Positions 26,024 to 41,070 of a stretch of DNA of 64,000 nucleotides are shown one piece after another (position 1 is the first letter of the stretch; every line of letters starts with the position of its first letter). Source of the DNA: Eledone cirrhosa. Its lineage: Eukaryota. Location of the stretch: contig OZ024758.1 of assembly GCA_964016885.1 (NCBI GenBank), positions 7,936,001-8,000,000 of the forward strand, written 5' to 3'. The notes under the pieces are model-generated. The model saw only the letters and a program-made list of their open reading frames with translations. It was not told the DNA's origin and ran no database searches. The position numbers were made by a program, and so were the translations under genes.

Positions 26024-26453
26024 CCATATTTGACGGCTTATAAGGCTCACTTTTTTCTCCACAAAATGTCCCAGAAAATCACTCTGCACCATATAAGGTC
26101 AAGGGTCAGTTTGTGTTACTGGCTAGTGGAGTTCTAGTGCTGCAGTGAGCCTTAAATTAAACCACAAACATCTCCACAAATGTAAACAAGGTGGTGACCA
26201 ACTATAGCTACAATTTTAGTAAATTTTAAGATGAATAAAATGAATTTATTTTCACTTTCCTTTGTTTTAAAAATGTACTAAATATTTCAACAAAATGTCT
26301 TATAAATCATAAGATAATGTATGTCTTATAAGCCATGATAATATATGTTTATAAGCCATGATAGGATAATATGTGTCTTATAAACCATAAGATAATATGT
26401 GTCTTATAAACCGTGATAAGATAAGATGTGTCTTATAAGCCATCAAATTATGG
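26024..26453. mobile_element. Tc2/pogo-like MITE with a tandemly duplicated subterminal segment
   Basis: TA|CCATATTTGACGGCTTATAAG ... CTTATAAGCCATCAAATTATGG|TA. Confidence 0.7.
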
Positions 26454-26749
26454 TAATTCTCTCTTGAATGCCTCAACATTTTATCTGATTGTTTTCATAT
26501 TATTTATCCCTTTGTCATGACTTACCCCTTTTGATATCTAACTGCCTGAAACTACTGCTGATTCTGAAATATAAAATTCTTTTTTAGAGGCATTCATATT
26601 TATCTGAAAAAATTTCTATCATGATTTTATGTAAGACCATTATGTTGTTCTCAACATCAGCTTTATAAGGAGAAAATTAGTTATATTAATAAATTTGTCA
26701 AAATTCTTCTTCTTCTTCTTCTCCCACCCCCTCCTCCCCCAACTCCCCC

Positions 26750-27105
26750 TGTAGCAGAGTCCTCAAACACTCCTCCAGCAGCTCCTGTCAAAAGCAATCG
26801 TCTCCAACTGATTTGGCTGGATCCCCAAGCGAGACCAGCCCAACTCATGGATGTTATCCAACCATCTTGCTCAGGGTCTACTCCTGGGTCTCCTACCTGT
26901 TAGTTTTGCCCTTAAAATCTGTCCAGCAATTCTTTCCTGAGACATTCTAACCACAAGTCCATAGTATCAGAACTGTGATCTCTCAATTCGGAGAAGTAGC
27001 TGCTCTACCTTGAGTGACTCTCTGATCTCCGAGCCACACACTCTATTGAGTAACGTTACTCCATTTTGACCACTTGTATTCACGATCATATTCTTTTGGT
27101 CGAAT
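26750..27105 (-). mobile_element. RTE-type LINE 3' fragment with an (AGA)n tail, inserted in a piggyBac-type MITE
   Basis: Homologous to 40780-41070; minus strand GLVVRMSQERIAGQILRAKLTGRRPR. Confidence 0.75.
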
Positions 27106-27696
27106 ACCAAATTGAATTTTTGATTATTTTCGAAATTATTAGAAAATCATAAGAAATATGGTAACGAAAGGGATAAACTGAGACTTAATTACCTGACTAA
27201 AATGTTCTTATGATCTATATGCCATAACTACTTGTATAGATGTCATCTTAATTCCCCCAAGCCATAACACTAGAAACCTAACAATCTTTCATTGTCACCA
27301 ATGAGTGCTAACATTATGTAGAGTTATTCCAATGACACTCACACTACATTTCTAACAATGTTTAAATCAATATCCTTCTCATTATTTATATAAATAAGTA
27401 GTTTTTGCCAGATATTCCTTCTCACAAAATGTTTCAAAAGACAGCTTCCTATCTTACATCCTTGTCTCATAAAAAGAACCCTTAAGAAAACAATGGAGCC
27501 ATTATATATATACACACAAATGGACCACATGAAACCACATTACTGTATAACTTAGTATCCTGGACCACAAAATCTTCACATATCTACATTTCTTTAAAGA
27601 GATTATTTTCATACATTTTTGGAAAAGAACAAAGCATTCACGCTCTGTTGGATGTTTAATAGTAATATACACGAATGGCAAAAGCATAAAAAACTA

Positions 27697-28383
27697 AGTG
27701 AGAAATTAGGAATAAGAGGGGTCAGAGGCAGTTTACTTGAGAGGAGATTACGTTGATATGGTCATGTGATGCGCATGAAAGACGACAGCTGTATAAAAAA
27801 GTGCAGGACGATCAAAATTGATAGAAGTTACGGAGTAGGTAGACCCAGAAAAACCTGAGACGACATGATAAAATCCGATCTTGCCCTCTTACACCTCTCT
27901 AAGACGATGTTAATGGATCAAGACCTTTAGCGCTACGCAGTAATACAGAAGACTCGCCTTACCTTACATACAAATTTAAACCTACAGCCAGTAGGCACCT
28001 CTTAACCAAATATACACCCCCAACCCACTGCCCCTACTCCATCCTCTCACTCCCACCCAGACTACCCTTTCTCTGTAAAGTTAGGTTGGTACCACAGAAC
28101 ATCTAGTCCACACTAAAGTGGTCGTGTAGGTGTCACGATAGAAAAGCACCCAGTCCATGCTGTAAAGTGGTCGTGTAGGAGACACGGTAAAAAGGCCCCC
28201 AGTCCATATTGTAAATGTAGTTGGTGTTAGGAAAGGCATCCAGCCGTAGAAAACCTGCCATATACAGTCCTATACGAGTAAGACATGGTCACCTGATCAA
28301 TCTTGCCTCAAGTGGGATAATTCCCGTCTGACGCATGCTAGTGTGGAAGATAGACGTTAAACAATGATGATGATGATGATGAT
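27697..28383 (+). mobile_element. RTE-type LINE C-terminal fragment followed by a family C tail
   Basis: REKLGIRGVRGSLLERRLR*YGHVMRMKDDSCIKKCR...GRPRKT*DDMIKSDL; (GAT)n tail. Confidence 0.85.
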
Positions 28384-28981
28384 TTTTATAATATTTCAGT
28401 TGTGAATAGCTTTCCTTTCCTTTTTTTCCTATTCAAAAATTAAAGGATATTTTGAAATTTCATTCTGTGTATATAACTGTTTAAATAGAACAAAAAATAT
28501 AATATACAGCAAAACAATTTTTTTTTTCTTAAATATATATATATAAAAGTATTTTCATATCAAATGTAATTACTGTCAAAGAATAAATTTCTCAGTTAAG
28601 CTGAATGTCTGTCTACCATACACAGCTGAACTGTTAGTAAGAAAATCCATTAGCCCATGGGATTTTTATATTAGAAAGGACTGATTCAATCAACTGTTGG
28701 ATGAATTAAAGAAAATCTTACAAAAGATTAAAAATACTCAGAAAAAAAATTTTAATACTGATTTTATTTTATTTTTTTTAAACATGAAATTCTTGTGCAC
28801 CTTAGTTGAGAAGCTAGTTTTAATGGATTATTAATATTGCTAATGTTTTCTCTAATGTATATTCTCTGTTCAAGATTGTTTGCATGCTGTTTAAGAAAGA
28901 ATAGAAGAAATAGCTATTGATAGTTTCCTTACTTGACAGTACAATATGATGTTTTCACAAAATTCAAAAATATATTGTAAC

Positions 28982-29480
28982 GTTGTATGTATGTATGTTT
29001 GTACGTTATGTTTGTATGTTATGTTATGTTATGTATGTTTGTTATGTTTGTATGTATGTATGTATGTTTGTTTGTTATGTTTTGTATGTTTGTTTGTTTA
29101 TGTTTTGTATATATGTACGTTATGTTTGTATGTATGTAATTTATATATGTATGTTATGTATGTATGTATGTTTGTACGTTATGTTATGTATGTTTGTTAT
29201 GTTTGTATGTATGTATGTTTGTTATGTTTTGAATGTATGTACGTTATGTTTGTATGTATGTAATTTATATATGTTTGTATACATACATGTATGTATGTTG
29301 TGTATGTATGTTATATTCGTATGTATGTTATGTTTGTATGTATACATGTTTGTATGTTATGTATGCATGTATACATGTATGTTATATATATATATGTATA
29401 TTTTTTGTTATGTTTGTATGTATACATGTATGTTATATATATATGTATATCTTGTATGTGTGTTATATATACATACATAC
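28982..29480. repeat. Degenerate TATG/TGTT microsatellite
   Basis: Direct reading. Confidence 0.9.
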
Positions 29481-30529
29481 CACACAATGTTTTAATGCAG
29501 TTTTTCCACATTTAACAAACAATATAGTTGTATGGGGAAAATAACTTCATTCTGTATACAAAATACATTTATGATAATCTCATATGCTCTATGGTTCAAT
29601 ACCAGGACAGGATGGTTAATTATATTCTTGAGCAAGGCACTTCATTTCACATTGAGCCACTTATAAAAAATCAAAGTTTTTTAACTCCCTATGTTGTCTG
29701 ATTAAATAAATTATTTTATCTCAATTTATATTCAAAAATTTACTCAGTATTATTTTCTTTTTCATACAAACTTTATATTAAAACTACAACAATTTAATCC
29801 TTTTTATACCAAACCACTTGAAACTCTCACTTGTTCTATGATACAACATGCCTGTTTATTTTAAACTTTAGATTTACATAAGAATCTCCCATTTTGATTT
29901 TAGTTAAGAACCTTTCTTAAGTTCTGTGCCTAAAACTAGCTTAAATCCTTTCAAATTCTTGAGTATTTTCAAAAGTTTTTGAAAATCATGGGTTGAGTAT
30001 TTTATTAGTAAGATGGTAATGTAAAGATTAATAATTGTTTCTACACTTGGCACAAGGCCAGCAATTTTGAAGGGAAGGAGAAAGTCGACTACTGCTACTT
30101 TATTTTATCAACCCCATAAGGATGAAAGGCAAAGCTAACCTCAGTGGGATTTGAACTCAGAATGTAAAGGGCCACAACTAAATACTGCAAAGCATTTTGT
30201 CCAATGTTCTACTGATTCTGCCAATCCACCATCCTAATGTAAAGGTTAATAAAAGGACATACTCAACCATTTTGATACCAAACTCAGCTAAAACTTGCTC
30301 TGGTTATATGGAACAAAACCATACATTTTAACGGGTTCTTATTTTAATTAAAATCTTCCATCATAATTTTATATTCCATATATACTCAAATGCTAGAGGA
30401 CTCTCCTATTTTATCTCTGAGAAAAGGGCAAAAATCTAAACACCATTTATAAGCCAAGGCAGCTAATCAATATTTTATTTAGATGGCGTATATAAGTTGT
30501 GTTAGATGGTCTTGACTGTGTTAATTGGA

Positions 30530-30880
30530 TGACATTCCAGAACCACATCATGAGACTTATGACTGGCAAGCAGCTCAGCAACCGTATCTGTATCAGTGAG
30601 CTGCTCAACATTACCAGACTTAGACCAATTACATCGATTATCAAGTCAAGAGTACTCAAACTATACAGTCATATAAAAAGATCAACTCGTGGTGAGAGTA
30701 AGTTATGCCTGGAAGGAAGGTTGGCTGATAAGATAAGCAGAGGCCAGTAGTCAAAATGATGGCTTGATAATGTCAACTTATGGACTGGGCTTGATCTTTG
30801 TTCTCTGCTGTTGGTGATTGAACTTTGTGGTGAGAGATATCACATGTTGAGGCACAGTCAGCAACGGAGCTTAGCGTCAA
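30530..30880 (+). mobile_element. LINE (RTE-like) 3' fragment inserted in a Tc2-like MITE
   Basis: ITSIIKSRVLKLYSHIKRS...CLEGRLADKISRGQ*SK*WLDNV. Confidence 0.6.
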
Positions 30881-31122
30881 AGTAGTATAAGCTGGGCCCC
30901 CACCACCACTACTATTTTACCATCATATATTGGTCATATATTTCTCAGCTTATATTTAAATATATGGTAAATTCAAGTATGTATAGTAAGAGCCATGTGT
31001 TAATTAATAATTTTAGTAGATCCCTCAAAATTCTTCATTAATTAATTGAAACAGTGTTTTATATTAGAAATACTATCATCACAAAAGGTTTAACTACTGG
31101 AATCTAATATTATATGAAATAT

Positions 31123-31310
31123 AAGGGCGGTGGATTGGCAGTATTGGGAGAGGGTCGGACGCCATGCTTTGACGTATAGAGTTACGGCCCTTACCATTCT
31201 GAGTTCAAATCCCGCCGAGGTTAACTTTGCCTTTCATCCTTAGGGGTCGATAAAATAAAGTACCAGTAATGCACTGGGTAATTACTGGCCTTGTGCTTCA
31301 CGTAGAAACA
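31123..31310 (+). mobile_element. Full-length SINE family A
   Basis: A and B boxes; 14-bp TSD ATTATATGAAATAT (31109-31122 / 31311-31324). Confidence 0.92.
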
Positions 31311-32884
31311 ATTATATGAAATATGATTTCAGTTTAAGATTTGAATCTTAATTTGAACAATTTAATAGAGGTTGTCTTGAGCAGGTTAGAGAGTAAAGGG
31401 TTAAGAGGAGGAACTAGTTGTCAGAGAGCTGTCGAAACATTAACTCCATAATGAGAAAGTTATTTAATCAAATTCTTGATTATTTTCGAAATGTTTGCAA
31501 ATCATAGGCAGTGTCTTGTCTTTCATATGAAATATGTTCGTGAAAGAGTTAACGGTGACAGTACACAAAGAAAATACTTCAACATTCTTGACAGGTTTCT
31601 ACTTGTTCACACAATGTTTTAAACAAAATTAACAGTTATTTGTGACTAAGAAATTTTCTATTATTTTTATGAAATGTTGATGAGAGGTTTTGAAGATTTC
31701 CGCCTCTCTCTCTCTCTCTCGTATGCATTTTCATACATTTTCATTCTCTTTCCTATTATTTATGATAAAGATGTAGATGATGGTGGTGGTGGTGGTGGTG
31801 GTGCAGCATTTATAATGCACAACTATAACTCTGTCTGACAGTCTGAGAGTAATTTCAGAGTACTGTTCAATACATATATAATAATGTGCTAAGAAACAAG
31901 TTAGCTCATGTTTAGAATACATATAGATGTATGTAAAAAAAAAAAAGTTTCTATTCAGAGTGTGAAATGTCTTAATGGCTAAAAGTAAAAGTATTCTGAA
32001 CTGCACACAGTAATATTCTACATATTTTTATCTTAACCACTGCTGTAGACGCTGGAAGAGTATTGGGAAAAATAAATCAAGAACATCAAATAAAAAAAAA
32101 GTAGTAAAAGTTGCAAGTCTTCTTCAGATTTTTTGAAATATATTTTCTCTTTTATCGAAACAAATACTGATTTGTATTGAACAGACTTTGTAGTTCTGGG
32201 GTTTAGGGGGCTTTTTTTGTGAGAAATACATTTAATTTTGTATGCCTCACTTTAAGAATAGGTACCTGAACTGTTAGTTAAGTTAACCACAATAGACTAG
32301 TGTCCTGTCTTAGTAGACTTTAATGTATTGTTGATTGGCAGTATCGGCAGAGCATCAGACAACATGCTTTGTGGTATTGAGTTACGGCCTTTTACAGTCT
32401 GAGTTCAAATCCCGTCGAGGTTAGCTTTGCCTTTCATCCTTACGGGGTTGATAAAATAAAGTACCAGTAATGTACTGGGTAATTGCTGGCCTTGTAAAGA
32501 TGGTGTTTGTCACATAATTTAACAAAAACTTCTTATATTAAAGTATGTTGGTAGGTTTTATTCTAAATGAGAGCCCTTTAAAACTGGTGGTTTTGTTTCA
32601 AACAAGAGGTGATTTGGGGGCAGGTTGCTTTTAAAAGGGTTAAAACATTGTTTTCTTACAGATGTCTTTTGTTTGTTTGTTGTTTTTTTTTTTTTGAGGA
32701 AGTTATTCTGTTTTTACTTGAAACATTAGAATTCTTTCCTCCTCCCTCTCCTCATAGAAAACTTATCTAACTTTACTGTCTTCACATGTTAACTATTCTT
32801 ACCACTGATCAGACCTCTGGGTTAGATCTCATTCTCTGTGATCTATAACACTTTAATACTTCTTAACAGTACAACTTACCCAGG

Positions 32885-32894
32885 CAACACACAG

Positions 32895-32972
<78 letters not shown>

Positions 32973-33807
32973 GCATGGATATACACACATACACACACAA
33001 ACATATATGCATGGATACACACACAGCCACACACACATACATGCATCCACATACACACACACATATACATCCACACACATACACACACACAAACACAAAC
33101 ATATATGCATGGATACACACACACACACACACACAGCCACACACATACACATATATATCCAGTTTGACTTATTTAGTTGTAAATCTTCTTTCCTTTCAAA
33201 CAGTATCAACTTTCTCTACATATTCTATTTCTACTGACATTACTTTTTATGTTAACAAATTCATAAAACCTCACCTCATTTCCTCTCCTTTCCACTCAAA
33301 TTTCTAACCCTGGATTTTTTTTCAAATCTTATTTCATGATTTCCCTATTTTTCACCCTCTCCCCTAAAGTAATACTCTCCATCTTGCCATTGTTGTGACT
33401 CCCTTAGAAAAACAAAACATGATATCAAACAAACAGAACAACTTTTTACTCCTGATCAGTTGTGGATTAATGTGGAAAAAATATTGAAATATTGAAGATC
33501 AAATAAGCTTAGGAATCCCACTTCAATGGTATACTGTTTATTTACACATATACATACATACATACATACATGCACATAAATACATACATGCATATATATA
33601 TACATACATACATGCACATATACATACATACATGCACATACATACATGCATGGATAAACATTTGTATATACATACACACATATATACATACATACATCCA
33701 CATACATACATACATACATACATACACACACACACATACATACATACATGCACATACATACATACATACATATATATATATATACATACACCCACATACA
33801 TACATGC

Positions 33808-33850
<43 letters not shown>

Positions 33851-34135
33851 CATACATATATATATATATATACACACACCCACATACATACATGCACACA
33901 CACACACACACATACATATATACACATACACATATATATATGTACATACAGACACATATACACATACAAACGCACTCACGTCCATATACATACACATATA
34001 CACACGCATACGCATATATGCACATACAAATGCACATATACATATACTGACACACACTCATACACCCACTCACACCATCATACACACAGACACTCGCACA
34101 CATATAGAGATACACACACACATGCATACACATAT
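32885..34135. repeat. (CA)n/CATA compound microsatellites (32885-33160 and 33540-34135)
   Basis: Direct reading. Confidence 0.9.
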
Positions 34136-34309
34136 TCAACCGTCAATCTACATGCAGCATCTTATCTGCAAATGCAGTCATTTAGGTACAACTGACATAT
34201 TTATAACTTAAAGTTTGCTTTAAATATAGTATGAAAAGGAGATTTAATTTGAAATTGATGTAAAGCGGAAATCATTTCATATATATATATATATATATCA
34301 TCAGCATTA

Positions 34310-34574
34310 TCACCATCTTACATCCGCTTTTTCCCTGCTTGCAAGGGTGGGACGGGTCCTATTCAGCACAGCATCTCTCCATTCGTCACGGTCCTTCGTC
34401 ATTTCCTCTGAGCTTCAGCGATCTGAGGTCAGTTCTCACCACCTCCGCCCATGGTTTTCGTGGTCTTCCTCTACTGCATCTTCTTTTCACTGGGATTTCT
34501 TGGCACTTCTTGACCCAGCGGTCATCCTCCATGCACATCACATGTCCATACCAACGCAGTCTTGTCTCCCGCAT
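34310..34574 (-). mobile_element. RTE-type LINE 3' end, with a partial duplicate at ~34645-34805
   Basis: MRETRLRWYGHVMCMEDDRWVKKCQEIPVKRRCSRGRPRKPWAEVVRTDL. Confidence 0.85.
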
Positions 34575-34588
34575 ACTACAATTTATCG

Positions 34589-34642
<54 letters not shown>

Positions 34643-37600
34643 CATTATCATCATCAGCTTTTCCTTGCTTGCACAGCATCTCTCTATTTGTCAGCACAGC
34701 ATCTCTCTATTTGTCACGGCCCTTCGTCATCTCCTCTGTGAGATTCAGTGATCTGAGGTCAGCTCTCACCACCTCCGCCCATGATTTCCGTGGTCTTCCT
34801 CTATTGTATATTTACTGTGATTTATAAACATATATATATATACACATATGATGATTTTATAAAAATGAAACAGTTCTAGTCCTGTACAACCCTTTTTTTA
34901 ATATTAAAACTTCATTATTCTCACTCTACTTATGTATTGGGTACCTTATTTACTGACCCCTCCCCCCGATTCTACCTGGGATCTATATATATATATTAAT
35001 GAGATCGAGATCGTGTAGGTGTCACGACAAAAAAAACACAGTCCACGCTGTAATGTGGTCATGTAGGTGACCCGGTAAAAAGATCCCAGTTCCACACTGT
35101 AAATGTGGTTGGTGTTAGGAAGGGCATCCAGCTGTAGAAAACCTGCCAGATAGTCCTATATGAGCGAGACACAGTCACCCGACCAACCTTGCTTCAAATT
35201 GGGACAACTCCCGTCTAACCCATGCTAACGTGGAGGATAGACGTTAAACAATGATGATGATAGAGTATATGTGTTAGCAATATTGGGCTTTTGTTTGATG
35301 AGGGTAGTGTTGGGAGTACACTAGGTGGTATTGTTGTTACCTATGAATTGTATATATTTTCACTCATCTGTTTGGTCAACGTTTTGTCTACCTCTAACTT
35401 CAGTAAATGGGATAGGTGAAATGAAGGATAATAACATGTGTAACCTTCGTTGTGGATAGTCTGTGTAGAATAACTTGTGACAATGAACCTCCTAATGATT
35501 GTACCAGCTTATAAAACAATGTAGAGAAAACAAGCTGATAATGGAGTTTGTACCAGCTCATTAACCAATCTAATGATGGAGGTTGTACCAGCTCATAAAA
35601 CAATCTAGAGAAAACAAGCTAATGATGGAGGTTGTGTACGTAGTTCTTTGCTAGAAAAGGCAGATAAATCTGGAGGTTTTTTTAAAGAAAAGAGACATTT
35701 AAAAATGTAGCCACTATGTCTGGAAAAAAAACCTTTGATCATAAATTTTTTCGTAAATCAAGGCTAACCTGAAGCTAAACAACAATAACATCTAAAAAGA
35801 AATTACTTGTAATCAGTCTTAAGTACTGAACAAAATCCATCATTGATATGAAACAACCTGAAACCAGCCTTGATCCTTGAGCTGTTTTGTTCTTTTTTAA
35901 GTGTTTATCTTAAAATCATTCATCTTAATTTTATGTAACAACATTTCTTATGTTCCAAACACCATCTTAATAATGAGAAAGTTAGTTATATTATTAAATT
36001 CCTCCAAGTTGTTGATTATTTTCAAAATCATTTGAAAATGATGTTTCTTTTTTTTATATTAGAAATATGGAAACAAAAGCGTTCTGTGTTATTACGTCAC
36101 CATTTCTAGAAAGTAGATGTACTGGTAATTATCTGATTTTCAGGTTGTCGAGATAAACATGGGGAAAAAATTTAAATAATCTTAGATTTTCAAGGAAGAT
36201 TTCTTTGAAATTATAGAAGTCTGCATCTAATGGAAAAGTAATTTACATTCTACAAAGATTCACTGATGAGATATTTCTCACCTTTTCTTATTTGAAAATC
36301 ATAGGTAATGTCTTTTATTAGTAATATGGTAACAAAAGGGTTTCTGATTTAGGCACAAGGTCAACAATTTTAGGGGTAAATCGACCCCAATGCATTACTG
36401 GTGTTTTATTATATTGACCCTGTAAGGATAAAAGGCAAAGCTAACTTCAGCTGGATTTGAACTCAGTAAAAGATATTTAACAACTGGAATTTAATATTAC
36501 CTTTCAAATAACATTGAGATTTTGGTTCTGCTTTTGAATGTAAATTTGAACACTTTGAGTCACTTTTCAGAGGGTTTGAGGGTTTAAAGGATTAAGTAGC
36601 AGAATTAGCTGAAAGAGAAAATCAGAAGACTAAACTGTAATTTGTTCGAGGTGAACACCTTCGTTATCTCAGTTATTTCACCTTATCTATTTCTATGATA
36701 ACTCTACTAGATATTATATATTATGTGCTCAAAGATGCAAGCATGGCTGTGTGGTTATAAAGTTTGATCTGTAAACAAATGGTTCTGGGTTCAATTCCAT
36801 GGTGTAGGACTTTAACCCTTTAGCATTTAAACCAGCCATATCTGACCAGAATTCTCTCACCTCTCTAGGTTCAAACTGGCTGTAACTGGTTTTTCTGTTA
36901 AAATACAATAGTATATATAGAGTCATGTGAATGCTAAACGGTTAAGAAAGTGTTTTTCTATTATAGCCATGAGTTGACTTTGTGAAGGAACTTTTCAATC
37001 AAAACTCGTTACTATGGTTTTTAGGGTGGTGGATTGGCAGTGTCGGCAGAGCATTGGATACGTTCTGAGTTCAAAACTTGCTGAAGTTCGCTTTGTCTTA
37101 CAGGGTCAATACAATAAAGTAGCAGTAATGCACTGGGGAGTCAATTTAATCAACTTTTTCCTTCCTCAAAAAATTGTTGGCCTTGTGCCTAAATCAGAAA
37201 CCATTATCAAGTAGGTATTTGGAGCATGAAATTTATGATGGAAGGTTTTCAGATAAAATTAGCCACTCTAAGCTAGTTTAGCATAGTAGAACCAGGTATA
37301 GTTTCAAGTGGTTTGCTATAAAAAGGATTATAAAGAAGCAAGTAGTTATTGGTCATAACTCACACTAAAGCACCCAACAGCCAAGAATCTTGAGTAAGCC
37401 CTAAACTTCTTAACATTCTAATTCCTCAGCAGAATTAAGCCATAAGGATTTTTCTTTAATTTATTGGCAATTATATTCTACCTGAGAACATATATCAATC
37501 TATCCTTCTTGAGGGTAAAATTTTCCACACAGATTTCTATATCATGAAATATTAGCCAGACTAGACAACATGAAAAAATCTTCCTTTAAGTGCTTCAATG

Positions 37601-38692
37601 ATATAATTCATTTATATGCAAGCTAAATTCTCTCTAAGCTGTTGTTCACATTTACATTGAAGCTACTACATCAAAATGTACATTTGCACACTGTATTTTC
37701 ATATAGTTATAGGCACATTCACTGAACATATGTACACTAATACAAACTCACAAAAATGCACACAGGCATACGTAGATTAATATGCAGAGAACACAGAAAT
37801 GTGCTTCAACATATGTAGGAATGTTGGCACACGCATAGAAGATTGCATACCTACACATACAGAACTGTTCAATTCTTTTGCTCACCAACGTTTCCATTTC
37901 ATATGCATTTTTTTCTATCTTTCTATATTGTTAAGAAGGCTGCAAATACTTAGACTACTTTCAGCTAATATTACTGAAACATTTTGCATCCTTCAGTTTC
38001 CATTTTCCTAGTTAATCATGAATATAACTTTTATCCTTTATAGTCTTTTCCTTGTATCAGAAGAGATACTTAAAAAATCTGAAGTTTTGCACTCTTCTCG
38101 ATAAAGATATGCAATAATCCAATTAATGTTCCCTCCTTACCAAACTTTTCTGGAGAAATCTCTGTAGATCCTTCATAAGATATTGGATATTTTGAACTTT
38201 GGTCTCAGAGTAAGAGATGCCATCTTGCTCAGAGTACTTCTAAGAATTCAACTGATCAGGTCAAGATACATGAACCATTTAAATACTTGTGTGCAGTGAT
38301 GAAGAAATCTAACATTTCGATAGAACAAGTTTTCAAATTAATAAATACTCATAACTGTTGATTATCATTATAATATTCACCTATTATATGCTTTTCTCTC
38401 AAGTAAATATGAAAAATACAGGTAGGGTTGCATTAACTCCTTTGGTACCAAACCATCTAAAACCTTCCCTGGTTCTGATTTCAAAACTCTTTATATTAAA
38501 GTGTTTATATTTATTTAGCTAAAAACCTTCCATTGTAATTTCATAAAAGAAAGAACATTTGTTGAATAAGGTTTCAAACTCTAGTCTAATAATGAGAAAG
38601 TTACATTATTAATTCCCTAGAAATTCTTGATTATTTTCAAAATTATTTGAAAAATATAGGTAGTGTCTTTCTTTCATTAGAAATATGGCAAC

Positions 38693-38883
38693 TGTTGGAG
38701 TGAGAGTGGAAACCACAGCAGTGGAGAAAAACGAGCAGGCAGCCAAAAGCCGTATGGTACAATGATCTGACCCGATATCTTGGCTCCACATGTCCCAATA
38801 TGACCAGAGATAGGAAGCATGGAGGTCAGCCAGGGTGGGGTTCTTTCAACAGGAGTGAGAAGGGCCTGGGTTTTGGATGATAA
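38693..38883 (+). mobile_element. RTE-type LINE extreme 3' fragment inserted in the end of a piggyBac-type MITE
   Basis: WKPQQWRKTSRQPKAVWYNDLTRYLGSTCPNMTRDRK; interrupts AAATATGG...TAACAAAAGAGTTAA. Confidence 0.55.
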
Positions 38884-38955
38884 CAAAAGAGTTAACTTTG
38901 AAGTTATGTGGCCTTCTGTTTAAAAGTGTCTTTATATCTGTGCATGTGTGTAGTC

Positions 38956-39239
38956 CAGGCAACCTTTTTCAAGAAGCGGGCCACATGAGGTATGGCTCAT
39001 CATCAGGCAGGCCGCAACCACTAATTTATATTTGTGCCCACATTTAAAAAAGGGCGGTAACTCGGGTAGTTTTGATTTGTTTCTTCAGAATTCGTACATG
39101 TTGTTTTCCTCGATCGTAAAAATGATAGAAAGATAAATTACGACTGAAAAGTTGGGGTAAAAAAATCAGAAAGATTTCCCTTAGGTGACTTAGGAGAGCC
39201 ATTGAGAAAGCTTTGCGGGCCGCAGGTTGCCCATGACTG
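38956..39239. mobile_element. hAT-type MITE
   Basis: CAGGCAACC...GGTTGCCCATGACTG ends, GCGGGCC subterminal motifs, 8-bp TSD GTGTAGTC/ATGTAGTC. Confidence 0.75.
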
Positions 39240-40544
39240 ATGTAGTCGCAAGTATTAACCAGTAGTTTTTTTTTGTTGTTCCACTTCAAAATGCCAATTA
39301 TTTATATAGAAAGTGGAAGTGTTAGTTGTTTCACATTTCAATCTATTGAGACAACAGTAGATAGAAAGTCAGAATGAGACTGTCTACCAGTTTTACTTAG
39401 TCAAAGCAGATAATGTTGTAGTCGTAAATTAGTTAACTATACAAAACATAAATAAGGACGATGTACTGAATGTCACATGCAAACAATTCTCATTTAATTG
39501 AAATTTCCTTCTTAGCTAGAGAATGAAAACAAAAAGTATTAGCAGGGATTGTTGTTTTACTTTTTACCTCTCCAGCTAAGAGGGGAATTTGGATTAATTG
39601 AACATTTTTTGGCCTATCTCCTTCAATACATCATCTATCATACCATTGACCTATTTGAGTTATTGTCCTTAGTTTTGTTGTTTTTTCTTAACCCTTCTGT
39701 TACCATGTTTCTAATGAAGATCACGACCAATGTATTTCATTTCATTTTGAAGCTCAAAAATTTGGAGTTATTTAGTAAAATAACTTCCTCATTGTTAAGC
39801 TAGCGTCCCAAATTTTAACTTAACAAAATTTCTTGCATGAAATTATGATGAAAGATTTTTAGATAAATATAAAGTCTTTAAAACAGGCAGTTTTGTGTCA
39901 GAAGCTGGGGCAGTTTCAGACAAGTTGGTATCAAAAGGATTTTTTTTTTTTTTTTTGAACTACATATATATAGATATATAGATGTTTATTTTTAAAATAA
40001 AATTTAGTAAGAAAAAATTTTAAAAAAGGGGAAACAAAGGGAAAGAAAGAATAAGGAAACATGAAAAAAAGAATAGGGAAATATGAAAAAAAGAAAAGGA
40101 AGGCGAGAGGATGGCAAGAGCTCTGGTGTCGCAAAAGTGGGTGGGGGTGAGAGGGGGGTTAGGCCTAGGGCAAAAAAGGATTAATTATACAAAATATAGT
40201 TCACTAGTTTGGTATGTAAAAGTTGAGGTGACCTACAGTTTGGCTTGCTAATGACTGGTGTAAACTAAGCCATTGCAGATTCTTTTGTGATTTTGTTTAG
40301 GCCCAGGTTAGTCCAGATTAAGCAGACATATAGCACTGAGATAGCTGAAGAATTAGATACAATTCACAGATCCATAGCTCTAGATCAGTTACTGTTTTCT
40401 GTGACTAAACTTCATCTAACTGACATTCTATCCTTTTTTTAAACCCCGTGAATTTCATTATGACGGAATTTCACTGTATTACACTTAAATACTGAAGACA
40501 AAGAAAATTTTCTATTACTTTTTTTTTATTATTATTAATATTCA

Positions 40545-40692
40545 TGTTTTGCAGCAAAGAGTTACGGCCCTTTATGGTCTGAGTTCAAATCCCGCCGAGG
40601 TTAACTTTGCCTTTCATCCTTACGGGGTCGATAAAATAAAGTACCAGTAATACACTAGGATAATTGCTAGCCTTGTGCCAAAAGTAGAAACA
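40545..40692 (+). mobile_element. 5'-truncated SINE family A
   Basis: 14-bp TSD ATTATTAATATTCA (40531-40544 / 40693-40706). Confidence 0.9.
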
Positions 40693-40719
40693 ATTATTAA
40701 TATTCACTTTTTTAATTGA

Positions 40720-41070
40720 TCTTCTTCTCCTCCTTCTTCTCCTCCTCCTCCTGCTCCTCCTCCTCCTTCTTCTTCTTCACTCTTTCAAGCATGTCCTGTC
40801 AGAAGCAACTGACTCCAACCTATCCAGCTGGATCTCTAAGCAGGACCAACCAAGCTTATGGATGTTATCCAACCATCTTGCTAGAGGTCTACCCTTGGGT
40901 CTCCTGCCGGTTGGTTTTGCCCATAAAATCTGTCCAGCGATTCTTTCCTGAGACATTCTAACCACATGCCCGTAGTATCAGAGCTGTGATCTCTCAATTT
41001 GCAGAAGTAGCAGCTCTACCTGGAGTGACTCTCTCATCTCTGAGCTACACTATCGAGTAACGTTACTCTG
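40720..41070 (-). mobile_element. RTE-type LINE 3' fragment with an AGA/GGA tail
   Basis: YGHVVRMSQERIAGQILWAKPTGRRPKGRPLARWLDNI. Confidence 0.8.

Noticed and set aside
36144-36237. Exon after TTTTCAG
   Set aside because: Stops in all three frames and a weak donor
38693-38851. Solo LTR (TGTTG...CAACA)
   Set aside because: No TSD; it translates like an RTE LINE C-terminus
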